Shown here: positions 1-9,294 of the stretch, piece by piece
Position numbering within the stretch: the first letter of the stretch is position 1
Layout: each line of letters starts with the position of its first letter
DNA from: Pseudoalteromonas translucida KMM 520
GTDB lineage: Bacteria > Pseudomonadota > Gammaproteobacteria > Enterobacterales > Alteromonadaceae
Assembly (NCBI RefSeq): GCF_001465295.1
Contig: NZ_CP011034.1
Coordinates: 1,050,001 to 1,082,000 of the forward strand
Direction: 5' to 3'
DNA: 32,000 bases
The notes under the pieces: model-generated
Databases searched by the model: none
What the model was told of the DNA's origin: nothing
The model's input: the letters and a program-made list of their open reading frames with translations, nothing else
Program-made: the position numbers and the translations under genes

Positions 1-49
1 TATAACATTTAATTTTCAAATGACAATCTAAATCAAGCGTTACTCAGTG

Positions 50-2773
50 TCAAAGAGAATGCGAGTAAAGGGCTTGATTATGCGCTTTATTAGGCTTTGT
101 AGAGCTTAAAAACTCATACCTAGGTCTATTTTTATTAAAAAGGCTTAGCGCGTATGCTTTTATATCTGCAAGGGTTAATGCATTTAATGCATCAAGCAGG
201 CGTTGTTGCATATGAAACTCGTGGTCGCGATTACCAATAGCTAACCATAATCGTTGCGAGCGCAGTCGCAGGTTTTTATCTGCTTCGGCTATATGCGTGG
301 TTAGGCCGTGCTTTTGTTGTAACCAATCTTGCGGGGTTAAATTATCGATATTGGTTAAATAGTCATGAATAAAGTTATTATGGCGCTGTAGTATTGTTTT
401 GGCTTCAAACTTGGGTGATTGCACATAAAAAACAATGCCTGCGCGGGTATTAAAAGGCGCGTAACCGGCACCAACCAAATAGCCTAACTGTTGCGTGGTG
501 CGCAGTTCGTTAAAGTAGTCTTGATTGATTAAGTGATTTAACGCCATCATTTTTACTTTTTCACTTACACAGTCGGTTTGCGCTTGATAATAAATAAGCA
601 TAGCATGATCACTACAAGGCAGCGTTAACTCAAAGCGGGTTACTTTTTTAATTTCAAATAATGGTCGTGTTAAATCGGCTATTACAGCGGCGCTTTTTAA
701 GTGCGCGGCTACTTTTTTCTGAAAGCTAATAGCATCAGCTTGTTGCCAGTTACCATGTAAAAATGACTCTACATGCAGGGCTTTAAAAAAGTCTTGTCTA
801 AATTCATTAAACTGCTGAAAACACGTGTTTTTTAATGCGTCAGCCAATTCGTCTGGCTGTGGATTCCACGGCATTATTTTTGCGCCTAACATACTAAACA
901 GCTCACCTACGGGCTTATTTTGATTACTGTTACGCCAATGCCTTACTAATTGCTTTTTATACTCGGCAAAACGTTTAGAGCAAATTTCTACGTTAAATAA
1001 AGCATCAATGAGTTCATCAACCAACTCTAACTGGCTTGATGAAAGCCCTGCTGTATGCAGTGTTAACCCACCTTGATGAGACGTTAAGTGATAACTAAGC
1101 CCTGCAAGTTCGGCAGGGTAAAATTGCTCGCTAACGCTATCCATAAATAAATCAGAAAAGAGGCGGGTAAGTGCCATGTGCTTTACATCTTTTACTGCAA
1201 AGTCTGAGTCCATTGCCAAGTAAAAGTGACCTTTGGCAACGCGAAAGGTGTTGTCTTGTTTAAACCAAAAATCAAAACCAGGCTCTGAAACTATTAGCTC
1301 AGGTTTTGTTTGTGGCTCAATTATATCAAACAGCTCAACGTCTTTGGTTAAATAAGGATTAACAACGGGTAAGCGCATTTCATTGAGTGGTTTATTAATA
1401 TTACTTAGTGCATCGAGCCAACTAGTCGAAATTTTTTCAACCTTGTAAGGTGTATTATACCAAGCGGCTTTATGTTGAGGCTCAACCCCAGGATGAATAA
1501 GTACCAAGCGCATATTGTGTGGCTTTAACCATTGCATGGCCATTTTATGGGTGGCGTGTTTAAAGCCTTCCATTAAATAGTCGCCTTGTAAGTAGTTTGG
1601 CTCATCGTAATGTTGCATATTAATGCTTAAGTTACTTACCCAGTCTATTAAGCGCGATTGTTCTTGGTTATCGAAGGCAATTTGTAATAGCTTCTTTTTA
1701 TCTTGGTATAAGCGCGGCAGTTGTTCAATATTGTTATTAATGAGGCAAATATATTCAAAGATCATTTCAATAATATCTTCAAAGTATTCAATACCTTCAT
1801 CCGTTAGCGCCATACTAATATTAAAGTCTTTAAAATTACTGCCATTAATACCACCCCCGGCAGAAAGTGCATTTATCCAGCCTTGCTGTTTTAAAATAGA
1901 GTATAACGAGCCCGCACCTTCATAACCGAGTAAATGGGCTATAAAGCTAACTGTTTTGTGACGATAAAAGTCATCAATATTAGGCATTGCAAAGCTCACT
2001 ATAAGCTTTTGCATGTGCTTGTGGGGTTCAATATGCAGCAGTTTGCCTAGGTCTTTCGCTCGGTATAGCGGTGCACTAATTACGGGTTTTGGTTGCTTGG
2101 CATTACCACAAATCGCAGTAAAGTATTGTTTTACCCATGCTTGAAGAGTGTCGAGCTCTTCATTAGCGCATATTACCAAGGTCATGTATTGAGCTTGGTA
2201 AAACTGCTTAAAAAAGTCTCTTAGCTCGTCGCTAATACAACGCTCTCTGTCGGCTAATGTTTGTAAGTTACCCACCGAAAACTTAGCGAAAGGGTGAGCC
2301 GGATTAACTGTTTCTTTATGTACTTGGTATATACGACGGCCGTCGTCTTTAATTTTTAATTTAAACTCTGCTTCTATCGCGTTACGTTCTTTTTCTGTTT
2401 CTGCTGCATTTAATAATGGCGCAATAAAAAACCGGCTAAATTGCTTTAGCGCATGTTCAAATTCTTGATTATTAATGTCAAAAAAGTAACAAGTGTGCTC
2501 AGTTCCGGTCCAGGCATTGGTATTGCCGCCCGCTTGCGATACAAAATTATTAAAGCTACCTGAGTCAGGAAATTGATCTGTGCCTAAAAATAGCATGTGC
2601 TCTAAAAAGTGTGCTAAGCCTTGTCTATCAACAGGGTCGTCAAAATGCCCTGCATTAACAGCCATAGATGCAGCGGCTTTTGTTGCATCTTTATCTTGCA
2701 CTAAGAGTACTTTTAGACCATTGTCCTGTGTTAGAGCGCGGTAGGCTCTGTTATCATTGCGACTGATATTCAA
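50..2773 (-). CDS. M16-family (insulinase/pitrilysin-like) zinc metallopeptidase, apparently cytoplasmic
   Basis: 907-aa ORF. The inverted zinc motif HxxEH is present as GLAHFLEHMLFLG near the N-terminus. The N-terminus (DNRAYRALTQDNGLKVLLV) resembles the mature start of E. coli protease III, so no signal peptide is present. The start is TTG at 2773, with AGGAG 6 nt upstream on the minus strand. Confidence 0.9.
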   Translation of the reverse strand: MNISRNDNRAYRALTQDNGLKVLLVQDKDATKAAASMAVNAGHFDDPVDRQGLAHFLEHMLFLGTDQFPDSGSFNNFVSQAGGNTNAWTGTEHTCYFFDINNQEFEHALKQFSRFFIAPLLNAAETEKERNAIEAEFKLKIKDDGRRIYQVHKETVNPAHPFAKFSVGNLQTLADRERCISDELRDFFKQFYQAQYMTLVICANEELDTLQAWVKQYFTAICGNAKQPKPVISAPLYRAKDLGKLLHIEPHKHMQKLIVSFAMPNIDDFYRHKTVSFIAHLLGYEGAGSLYSILKQQGWINALSAGGGINGSNFKDFNISMALTDEGIEYFEDIIEMIFEYICLINNNIEQLPRLYQDKKKLLQIAFDNQEQSRLIDWVSNLSINMQHYDEPNYLQGDYLMEGFKHATHKMAMQWLKPHNMRLVLIHPGVEPQHKAAWYNTPYKVEKISTSWLDALSNINKPLNEMRLPVVNPYLTKDVELFDIIEPQTKPELIVSEPGFDFWFKQDNTFRVAKGHFYLAMDSDFAVKDVKHMALTRLFSDLFMDSVSEQFYPAELAGLSYHLTSHQGGLTLHTAGLSSSQLELVDELIDALFNVEICSKRFAEYKKQLVRHWRNSNQNKPVGELFSMLGAKIMPWNPQPDELADALKNTCFQQFNEFRQDFFKALHVESFLHGNWQQADAISFQKKVAAHLKSAAVIADLTRPLFEIKKVTRFELTLPCSDHAMLIYYQAQTDCVSEKVKMMALNHLINQDYFNELRTTQQLGYLVGAGYAPFNTRAGIVFYVQSPKFEAKTILQRHNNFIHDYLTNIDNLTPQDWLQQKHGLTTHIAEADKNLRLRSQRLWLAIGNRDHEFHMQQRLLDALNALTLADIKAYALSLFNKNRPRYEFLSSTKPNKAHNQALYSHSL

Positions 2774-2965
2774 ATGATGCTCCTGAAACTAAATGTTTAC
2801 TTGTTAACAACAGATGATAACTTCAGGACAGAGAAATACAGCGATAAGATTTACCTGAATATCATGAAAGAACTATTTAAGAAATAAATAGTGTTACCTT
2901 GTTAATATAGCGGAAGAACGGGCAAATTGGCTACTGTTTTATATTCTTTAATTGGTTGATTTATT

Positions 2966-3436
2966 ATGAAAACAATCTTAATAATGCGCCACGGCGAAGC
3001 AACGCCAATGCAGGCCGATGATGCAGCAAGACAGTTAACCCAAAAGGGTCATATTGAAGCTGAAAAAATGGGTCTGTGGCTGGCAAAAAACTATGCCCCC
3101 GATGCGCTGTTAGTTAGCCCTTACATTAGAGCTCAACAAACAGCAAAAGGGGTTGCTAAAAATAACGCGTTTAAATTTAGCGAAACCTGCAAAGACATTA
3201 TACCTGAAGGTAAACCGCAAATTGCAGCCGATTACATCGAAACGCTAATAGCGGCGCATCCTGCGTGTAATACTTGGCTAGTAGTGGCGCACATGCCCAT
3301 AGTAAGTTATTTGGTTGATCAGTTATGTGTGGGCCATATGCCTATTTTTAATACCGGTGCAGTTGCCGTAATTAATTATAATGAGCAAACCCAGCGCAGC
3401 GAATACCTTAGCATTCATGCTCCGGGTAACGTGTAA
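2966..3436 (+). CDS. sixA: phosphohistidine phosphatase SixA
   Basis: 156-aa ORF with the N-terminal catalytic RHG motif (ILIMRHGEA) and a later VVAHMP histidine. Overall similarity to E. coli SixA as recalled, and the neighbourhood with smrB/prmB/aroC matches enterobacteria. Confidence 0.88.
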   Translation: MKTILIMRHGEATPMQADDAARQLTQKGHIEAEKMGLWLAKNYAPDALLVSPYIRAQQTAKGVAKNNAFKFSETCKDIIPEGKPQIAADYIETLIAAHPACNTWLVVAHMPIVSYLVDQLCVGHMPIFNTGAVAVINYNEQTQRSEYLSIHAPGNV

Positions 3437-3464
3437 TTGCAGTGAGTTAGCTTATAGCTAGGTT

Positions 3465-4388
3465 TTATAATAAAAATGCCAGCCAAAGCGTAAAGCTTAT
3501 ACCACTTAAAACGGTCGACATAACCACAGTGCTGGCAAGCGTTGCTTGGTGTTGTTTTATTTGATTAGCAATAAGGTAGGCATTAACACCTAAAGGCGAT
3601 GCGCTTAATAATATAAGTACGTTGAGTAGTTGCGGCTCTAGCATAAACACAAATCGGCCTAACAATAATACTAAGCAGGGTAGCAATACTAACTTTAATA
3701 ATGTGGCGATTAGTGCGGGTTGCCAGTTTTGGCTTATTTTATAAAAGGCTAAATTAGCACCCAACACAAATAGCGCGCAGCCAATAGCGGGTTGTGAGAG
3801 TAAATCTAAGCCATTAATAATATCCAGTGGCAATGTAAGGCCTAAAACATTAGCCAATAATCCTAAGCTAATACTAAGTACCACAGGGTTTAACAGCATA
3901 TTTTTGGCAAACTGTTGCCACGAAAACGCACTTTTTTCGCTTTTTGCACTCAGTAAAAAGGTGAGAGTAAATAATAACGCACTATGAAAAGTGATAATCA
4001 TAAACACTATACCAATCATTTCGCGGCCAATTGCTGCAATAATTATTGGTAAGCCAACCAGTACGGTATTTGAATAGCTACTGCCAAGAGCAAATACGCT
4101 ATGGCGTTGATAATCACTGTGCTTAGTAATTAAAAGCCGGTCTATTAAAGCGCCAATTATAAAAACACCCACAACCGCAATATAAAAACTCAAAAAGCCA
4201 TTTATGCTCACACTATTGTGTAAGTTAGCTTGCGCCATATTTAAAAATAAAAAAGCGGGAATACTAATATAAAAGGTAAATTTACTAATGCCAGTTATAT
4301 GTTGTTGCTCTAAAAACTGTGACTTAGTGCTAATAAAACCAGCAGTAACAATAAATACCAGCGGAAATATAATTGAAAAAATAGACAC
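3465..4388 (-). CDS. AEC (auxin efflux carrier) family permease
   Basis: 307-aa, very hydrophobic ORF with about 10 membrane-helix-like segments. Length and sequence style fit AEC/YfdV-like transporters. GTG start at 4388. Confidence 0.72.
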   Translation of the reverse strand: MSIFSIIFPLVFIVTAGFISTKSQFLEQQHITGISKFTFYISIPAFLFLNMAQANLHNSVSINGFLSFYIAVVGVFIIGALIDRLLITKHSDYQRHSVFALGSSYSNTVLVGLPIIIAAIGREMIGIVFMIITFHSALLFTLTFLLSAKSEKSAFSWQQFAKNMLLNPVVLSISLGLLANVLGLTLPLDIINGLDLLSQPAIGCALFVLGANLAFYKISQNWQPALIATLLKLVLLPCLVLLLGRFVFMLEPQLLNVLILLSASPLGVNAYLIANQIKQHQATLASTVVMSTVLSGISFTLWLAFLL

Positions 4389-4429
4389 TAATATCGCCTT
4401 TAATAGTATTTAACCAGAGCTGTGGTTAC

Positions 4430-4987
4430 TTAGCGCCTAAATTCATCGCTTTGCGGTAAGTTAACTAAAATAAGTACAGCGCCTTTACCACCATATTCAA
4501 GCGGTGCTTGGTGCATTGCAATTACATCGGGGTGTTGTACTAAATACTGCGGTACTTTGTGCCTGAGTATATGCCCACCAATACCATGAATTATGCATGC
4601 ACAGTAGTAATGTTTCTTTTTGCATTCGTGGATCAAACCAGCTAGTTCATCCTTTGCAGACTCTTTATTTAAGCCATGCAAATCTAGGGTTAAATCTGGA
4701 ACAAAGTCACCACGGCGAAGTTGCTTAGCTAAAAAGCGGTCTTGGCCATCTTGTACATAATTAACCGTACCATTGGTATCAATATCAGGTATATATTCAT
4801 CCGAAAAGAAGAATTCTGACTGTTGTTGCTTTTTTTGCTGGGCAAACTGCTTTGCTTGTGACACTTTAGGCTTATTAGTAAAGCGGTGAGTGTCTTGTTT
4901 AAAAACGCGCGCACCACTGATGCTTTGACGAAACATGTCAATGTCATCATTGCTAATAGGGCTGTTTGAATAAGGATCTTTTTTCAT
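4430..4987 (-). CDS. smrB: Smr-domain endonuclease SmrB
   Basis: 185-aa ORF with a C-terminal Smr domain (TLDLHGL ... CACIIHGIGGHILR ... HQAPLEYGGKGAVLILV). It lies divergent from prmB, as in E. coli. Confidence 0.9.
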   Translation of the reverse strand: MKKDPYSNSPISNDDIDMFRQSISGARVFKQDTHRFTNKPKVSQAKQFAQQKKQQQSEFFFSDEYIPDIDTNGTVNYVQDGQDRFLAKQLRRGDFVPDLTLDLHGLNKESAKDELAGLIHECKKKHYYCACIIHGIGGHILRHKVPQYLVQHPDVIAMHQAPLEYGGKGAVLILVNLPQSDEFRR

Positions 4988-5110
4988 AGCGGCAGTCTAA
5001 ACAAAAAAAGGGTAAAAATCGAGATAAAAGGCGTTACAATAGGGCAATCGGGAGGCGATTGTGGCCTCGATTGAATTAATAATTTTGAAAGTAGCAGGCA
5101 GGCAATACAC

Positions 5111-6046
5111 ATGAGTGAATTACAAATAGAAGAAGCAACGCTAGAAGAAGCTGTAGCAGAACTTTCAACCTTACACGACTGGTTACGTTGGACTACAAGC
5201 CAATTTGCTAGCAGTGGTATTTTTTTTGGTCACGGTACTGATAATGCGTGGGACGAAGCGGTAAATTTATTATTACCCGCATTAAGCTTACCAATAGATG
5301 CGCCGAAAGAATTAATGCATGCGCGTTTAACGAGTACAGAAAAAAACAGCTTAGCGGGCTTAATTGCTGAGCGTATTAACGATTTTACCCCAGTGCCATA
5401 TTTAACCAACATTGCTTGGTTTGCTAATATGCCATTTTATGTAGACGAGCGCGTGCTTATTCCACGTTCGCCATTTGCAGAGTTAATTAATAACCGTTTT
5501 ACTCCCTGGCTTGAAGAGCCTGAGTCGGTTAAGCGTATTTTAGATTTATGTACTGGTTCTGGTTGTATCGCGATTGCACTTGCACAAGCGTTTGAAAATG
5601 CGCAGGTAGATGCGGTTGATATTTCTTATGAAGCCTTAGAAGTAGCCGACATAAATATTACAGACTACCAGTTAAGTGAACGAGTATTGCCAATTCAGTC
5701 AGATGTGTTTAGTGGTGTACCAGGGCAAACATATGACCTGATCATAGCTAACCCGCCGTACGTTGATGCTGAGGACATGGCCGACTTACCGCGTGAGTTT
5801 CATCATGAACCAGAACTTGGTTTGGCTTCAGGCCACGACGGCCTAGACGTAACCCGTACTATATTAAGTGAAGCAAGTAAGCACCTTACTGCAAATGGTT
5901 TGTTGTTTGTAGAGGTCGGTAACTCTATGGTACATATGGATGCATTGTATCCGGGTGCGCCATTTGAATGGGTGGAGTTTGAACAAGGTGGTTTAGGTGT
6001 GTTTGTTATTAGCAAACAGCAACTTGATGAGTATTTTGCACAATAA
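5111..6046 (+). CDS. prmB: 50S ribosomal protein L3 N5-glutamine methyltransferase
   Basis: 311-aa ORF with a SAM-binding motif (ILDLCTGSGCIA) and the NPPY catalytic motif (LIIANPPYV). Located immediately upstream of aroC, as in E. coli. Confidence 0.92.
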   Translation: MSELQIEEATLEEAVAELSTLHDWLRWTTSQFASSGIFFGHGTDNAWDEAVNLLLPALSLPIDAPKELMHARLTSTEKNSLAGLIAERINDFTPVPYLTNIAWFANMPFYVDERVLIPRSPFAELINNRFTPWLEEPESVKRILDLCTGSGCIAIALAQAFENAQVDAVDISYEALEVADINITDYQLSERVLPIQSDVFSGVPGQTYDLIIANPPYVDAEDMADLPREFHHEPELGLASGHDGLDVTRTILSEASKHLTANGLLFVEVGNSMVHMDALYPGAPFEWVEFEQGGLGVFVISKQQLDEYFAQ

Positions 6047-6098
6047 AAATCAATATCATTTATAGAAAATGTATTTGAATATAAATTGATATAAGTAA

Positions 6099-6123
6099 AT
6101 AGCCGAGTGTACAGCTCGGCTAT
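6099..6123 (+). terminator. stem-loop downstream of prmB (weak terminator candidate, no U-tract)
   Basis: ATAGCCGAG-tgtacag-CTCGGCTAT forms a perfect 9-bp stem, but it is followed by TGGTAG rather than a T-run. Confidence 0.3.
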
Positions 6124-6151
6124 TGGTAGTCATTAGGAATGAGGAAAAGTA

Positions 6152-7249
6152 ATGGCAGGTAATAGCATTGGACAGTTATTTAAAGTGTCTACTTTTGGTG
6201 AGAGCCACGGCGTTGCATTAGGCGGCGTTGTTGATGGCACACCAGCAGGTCTTGAAATCACCGAGGCCGACCTACAAATAGATTTAGACCGTCGTAAACC
6301 GGGGCAAAGTCGTTATACCACGCAGCGCCGTGAAGACGATCAGATAAAAATTCTTTCAGGCGTTTTTGAAGGTAAAACCACAGGTACTAGCATAGGTTTA
6401 CTGATTGAAAACACCGATCAACGCTCAAAAGACTACGGCAAAATTAAAGACGTGTTTCGCCCAGGTCATGGCGATTACACCTATTGGCATAAATACGGCC
6501 TGCGCGATTATCGCGGTGGTGGTCGCTCATCAGCGCGCGAAACGGCAATTCGTGTTGCTGCGGGCTCTATTGCTAAAAAATACTTAAAACAATTTCATGG
6601 TATCGAAATAAAAGCCTGCTTAAGTCAGTTAGGGCCAATTAAAGCAGACGTTTTTGATTGGAACGAAGTTGAAAACAACTTATTCTTTTTTCCTGATGTG
6701 AGCAAGTTAGAAGCACTTGATGAATATATGCGCGGCCTTAAAAAGCAAGGTGACTCAGTAGGCGCAAAAGTAAAAGTAGTGGCAAGTAATGTACCTGTAG
6801 GGCTAGGCGAGCCAGTATTTGACAGATTAGACGCTGAACTTGCGCATTCATTAATGAGCATTAACGCGGTTAAAGGTGTTGAAATTGGCGACGGCTTTGA
6901 TGTCATTGAGCAAAAAGGCTCAGAGCATCGCGATGAACTAACACCTAATGGTTTCACTTCAAATCATGCGGGCGGTGTATTAGCCGGTATTTCTACGGGG
7001 CAAGATATTATTGCTTCTATTGCGCTAAAACCTACCTCAAGCATTACTATACCGGGTAACAGTATCAATACTGAAAACGAAGCGGTTGAGATGATCACCA
7101 AAGGTCGTCACGATCCGTGTGTAGGTATTCGTGCTGTGCCAATTGCTGAGGCGATGATGGCCATTACTTTAATGGATCATTTGCTACGTCAACGTGGTCA
7201 AAACCCACATGTACACCACGAGCATGGGCCGATACCCGGTTCGGTATAA
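6152..7249 (+). CDS. aroC: chorismate synthase
   Basis: 365-aa ORF with clear AroC sequence ([30 protein letters not shown]). GAGGAA RBS at 6141-6146. Confidence 0.97.
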   Translation: MAGNSIGQLFKVSTFGESHGVALGGVVDGTPAGLEITEADLQIDLDRRKPGQSRYTTQRREDDQIKILSGVFEGKTTGTSIGLLIENTDQRSKDYGKIKDVFRPGHGDYTYWHKYGLRDYRGGGRSSARETAIRVAAGSIAKKYLKQFHGIEIKACLSQLGPIKADVFDWNEVENNLFFFPDVSKLEALDEYMRGLKKQGDSVGAKVKVVASNVPVGLGEPVFDRLDAELAHSLMSINAVKGVEIGDGFDVIEQKGSEHRDELTPNGFTSNHAGGVLAGISTGQDIIASIALKPTSSITIPGNSINTENEAVEMITKGRHDPCVGIRAVPIAEAMMAITLMDHLLRQRGQNPHVHHEHGPIPGSV

Positions 7250-7273
7250 TTAGAGTTACATTAAGTAGATAAT

Positions 7274-7299
7274 AAAAACGCGGACGATCCGCGTTTTTT
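7274..7299 (+). terminator. rho-independent terminator of aroC
   Basis: AAAAACGCGGA-cga-TCCGCGTTTTTT forms a GC-rich stem followed by a T-run. Confidence 0.85.
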
Positions 7300-7374
7300 G
7301 TATTTTTTTATCAGTGCAAGTTCAACTTTTTTACTAAAATTAATTAAACAGGTTTGAGGGAGCTAAATGTGACA

Positions 7375-7734
7375 ATGACAAATAATGTAAAGGCTCAGCA
7401 ACAAGCTGCACTGAAAAGGCTGGAGCGATTTAGCTTCATTACCGACAGCAGTTTAAAAATTCCTTTTACTAATTTTAAAGTTGGTGCCGATGCGATTATT
7501 GGTTTATTGCCCGTTGCCGGTGATATGGCCGGTTTTATTTTATCTGCTTATGTATTAATTGAAGCGCAGCGCTTAGGTGTTAGCTGGACTATAAAGCTAC
7601 GTATATTAGTTAATATGCTTATCGACTTTGTGGGCGGTTTACTACCCATAGTAGGCGATATTTTTGATGCTTACTTTAAAGCAAACACCCGAAATACCCA
7701 GCTGCTAAAAAAATACTTAGCGCAGCAAAAGTAA
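7375..7734 (+). CDS. DUF4112-family small membrane protein
   Basis: Two hydrophobic segments with the paired motifs LPVAGDMAGF and LPIVGDIFDAYFKANTRN typical of DUF4112. The ORF-track start (TTG 7354) is unlikely. GTG 7369 (7 nt after GAGGGA) or ATG 7375 are the plausible starts. Confidence 0.7.
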   Translation: MTNNVKAQQQAALKRLERFSFITDSSLKIPFTNFKVGADAIIGLLPVAGDMAGFILSAYVLIEAQRLGVSWTIKLRILVNMLIDFVGGLLPIVGDIFDAYFKANTRNTQLLKKYLAQQK

Positions 7735-7743
7735 TAAAGCAAT

Positions 7744-8448
7744 TTAGCTTTTACCCTTGTTAAAAAAGTACTCTGCAATAACCTGCTTTTGTTGACCAAA
7801 CTGATCTGAAATTCCTATACCTACACCTATTATTTGCCCCTGCGCTTTAGGTGGGTTAGCCTGTATTTGTTTATTTATAACAGCCAGTTGAGGGCTTTTC
7901 TCGTTAGCTAACAATGTTAAATGTGGCTGAAAGTTTTGAAAAACATTAGGGCTGCCGTAGCGCTTAAATGCAGTTAACTTGTTGGGGTAGTTTTTAACCC
8001 AAGTAGGCACTACAGTATTTCGCTCGCGCAGCGGTTCAATGGCAAGTGTTACCTCGTCAGATAGTCTTTGTAACTGGCGCGACGGCTGTAAATTAATAAA
8101 GGCCCAATTACTTTGTGTTACGCTAAAGCCTTCAGCGGTTATGGGAAAAGGCTGCTGTTGCGCTACGATGTTTTTTACCGCAAGTTTAATTGCCTCCTCT
8201 GTACCGGGTGCAAAGTCAGTTAAATATAAAGTAGCGTGTACCGGCATGCCTTTATCGTAAAAGCTAACCATGCCCGCTTGTTTTAATGCATCACTGGTTT
8301 GCGCCATTAAAGTAATGATTGGTTGCGAAGGAATAGCAAACACATTAATACTGATGTTTTTTGCAACAGCAGGCTGTGATACACCCAAAAGCCCAAGCAG
8401 GGCAATAAATAAAAATTTAACCATTTTTATACTCATTAGTTTAAACAT
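7744..8448 (-). CDS. exported 2H-phosphoesterase-superfamily-like protein (cyclic phosphodiesterase / 2'-5' RNA ligase fold)
   Basis: 234-aa ORF with an N-terminal signal peptide (FLFIALLGLLGVSQPAVA/KN). It has two H-x-T-x motifs about 105 aa apart (PVHATLYL and QPHLTLLA). The exact start is uncertain, with Met codons at 8448, 8436 and 8424. Confidence 0.5.
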   Translation of the reverse strand: MFKLMSIKMVKFLFIALLGLLGVSQPAVAKNISINVFAIPSQPIITLMAQTSDALKQAGMVSFYDKGMPVHATLYLTDFAPGTEEAIKLAVKNIVAQQQPFPITAEGFSVTQSNWAFINLQPSRQLQRLSDEVTLAIEPLRERNTVVPTWVKNYPNKLTAFKRYGSPNVFQNFQPHLTLLANEKSPQLAVINKQIQANPPKAQGQIIGVGIGISDQFGQQKQVIAEYFFNKGKS

Positions 8449-8739
8449 AATTTTAGTATTTCAGTAAGCAACTCTGTCGTTATAGTGATGGTAAGGGTTA
8501 TTGCTCAAGCAGTAAATACGCCAAACAGTATAAATACCAGCTATTTGGCAGCACCTTGTATAGCTATTATTAGCTAACCCCACGGGCTTTATAAAACGCC
8601 GCTACACCGAAGTGTTAACTCGCTATCCAATTTTTTACATTCGCAGCGAAAGCCCGTACAATTCACCTCGTTTTTAGCGCGCACATTTTTAATATAATGG
8701 GCAGTAAGCCCTATATTCAGAGTAAGTAATTAAACTTTT

Positions 8740-9294
8740 ATGCATAAAATTGCTGATTTAATTTCTATTTTTGCAGCCACTTTTTACCAAAGCTATAATA
8801 CGCGACTGGTTAAAGGCAAGCATGAACCTATTTATATTCCTAGCTGTGATAAAACGCCGTATCACCAAATTGTGTTTGCTCATGGTTTTTACGCCAGTGC
8901 ATTACATGAATTAGCACATTGGCTGGTGGCGGGCGATAAGCGCCGTTTACTTGAAGATTACGGCTATTGGTATTGCCCCGATGGCCGCGACAAACAAAAA
9001 CAAGCTGAGTTTGAAAACGTAGAAGTAAAGCCTCAAGCTATAGAGTGGTTATTAAGCACCGCAGCAGGGTTTAATTTTAATGTGTCGGTTGATAACTTAA
9101 ACGGCGAGCAAACATGTCGATTTGATTTTCAGCAGCGAGTACATGCACGTGTATTATCGCTTATCGAAAATGGCTTTAACTCTCGTACAGAATCACTTTT
9201 GAAAGCACTCTCTGATTTTTATAATACGCCATGGCCAATGAGTGCACAGCAATTTAATTGGCAACATCCCAAGGAGCTCACGGATGCAGTTTAA
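8740..9294 (+). CDS. epmC: elongation factor P hydroxylase
   Basis: 184-aa ORF closely resembling E. coli YfcM/EpmC (NTRLVKGKHEPIYIP, VFAHGFYASALHELAHW, YGYWYCPDGRD, VEVKPQA). Confidence 0.93.
   Translation: MHKIADLISIFAATFYQSYNTRLVKGKHEPIYIPSCDKTPYHQIVFAHGFYASALHELAHWLVAGDKRRLLEDYGYWYCPDGRDKQKQAEFENVEVKPQAIEWLLSTAAGFNFNVSVDNLNGEQTCRFDFQQRVHARVLSLIENGFNSRTESLLKALSDFYNTPWPMSAQQFNWQHPKELTDAV

Noticed and set aside
8488-8577. 29-codon ORF in the spacer upstream of epmC
   Set aside because: There is no RBS, it is short and it has no recognisable features.
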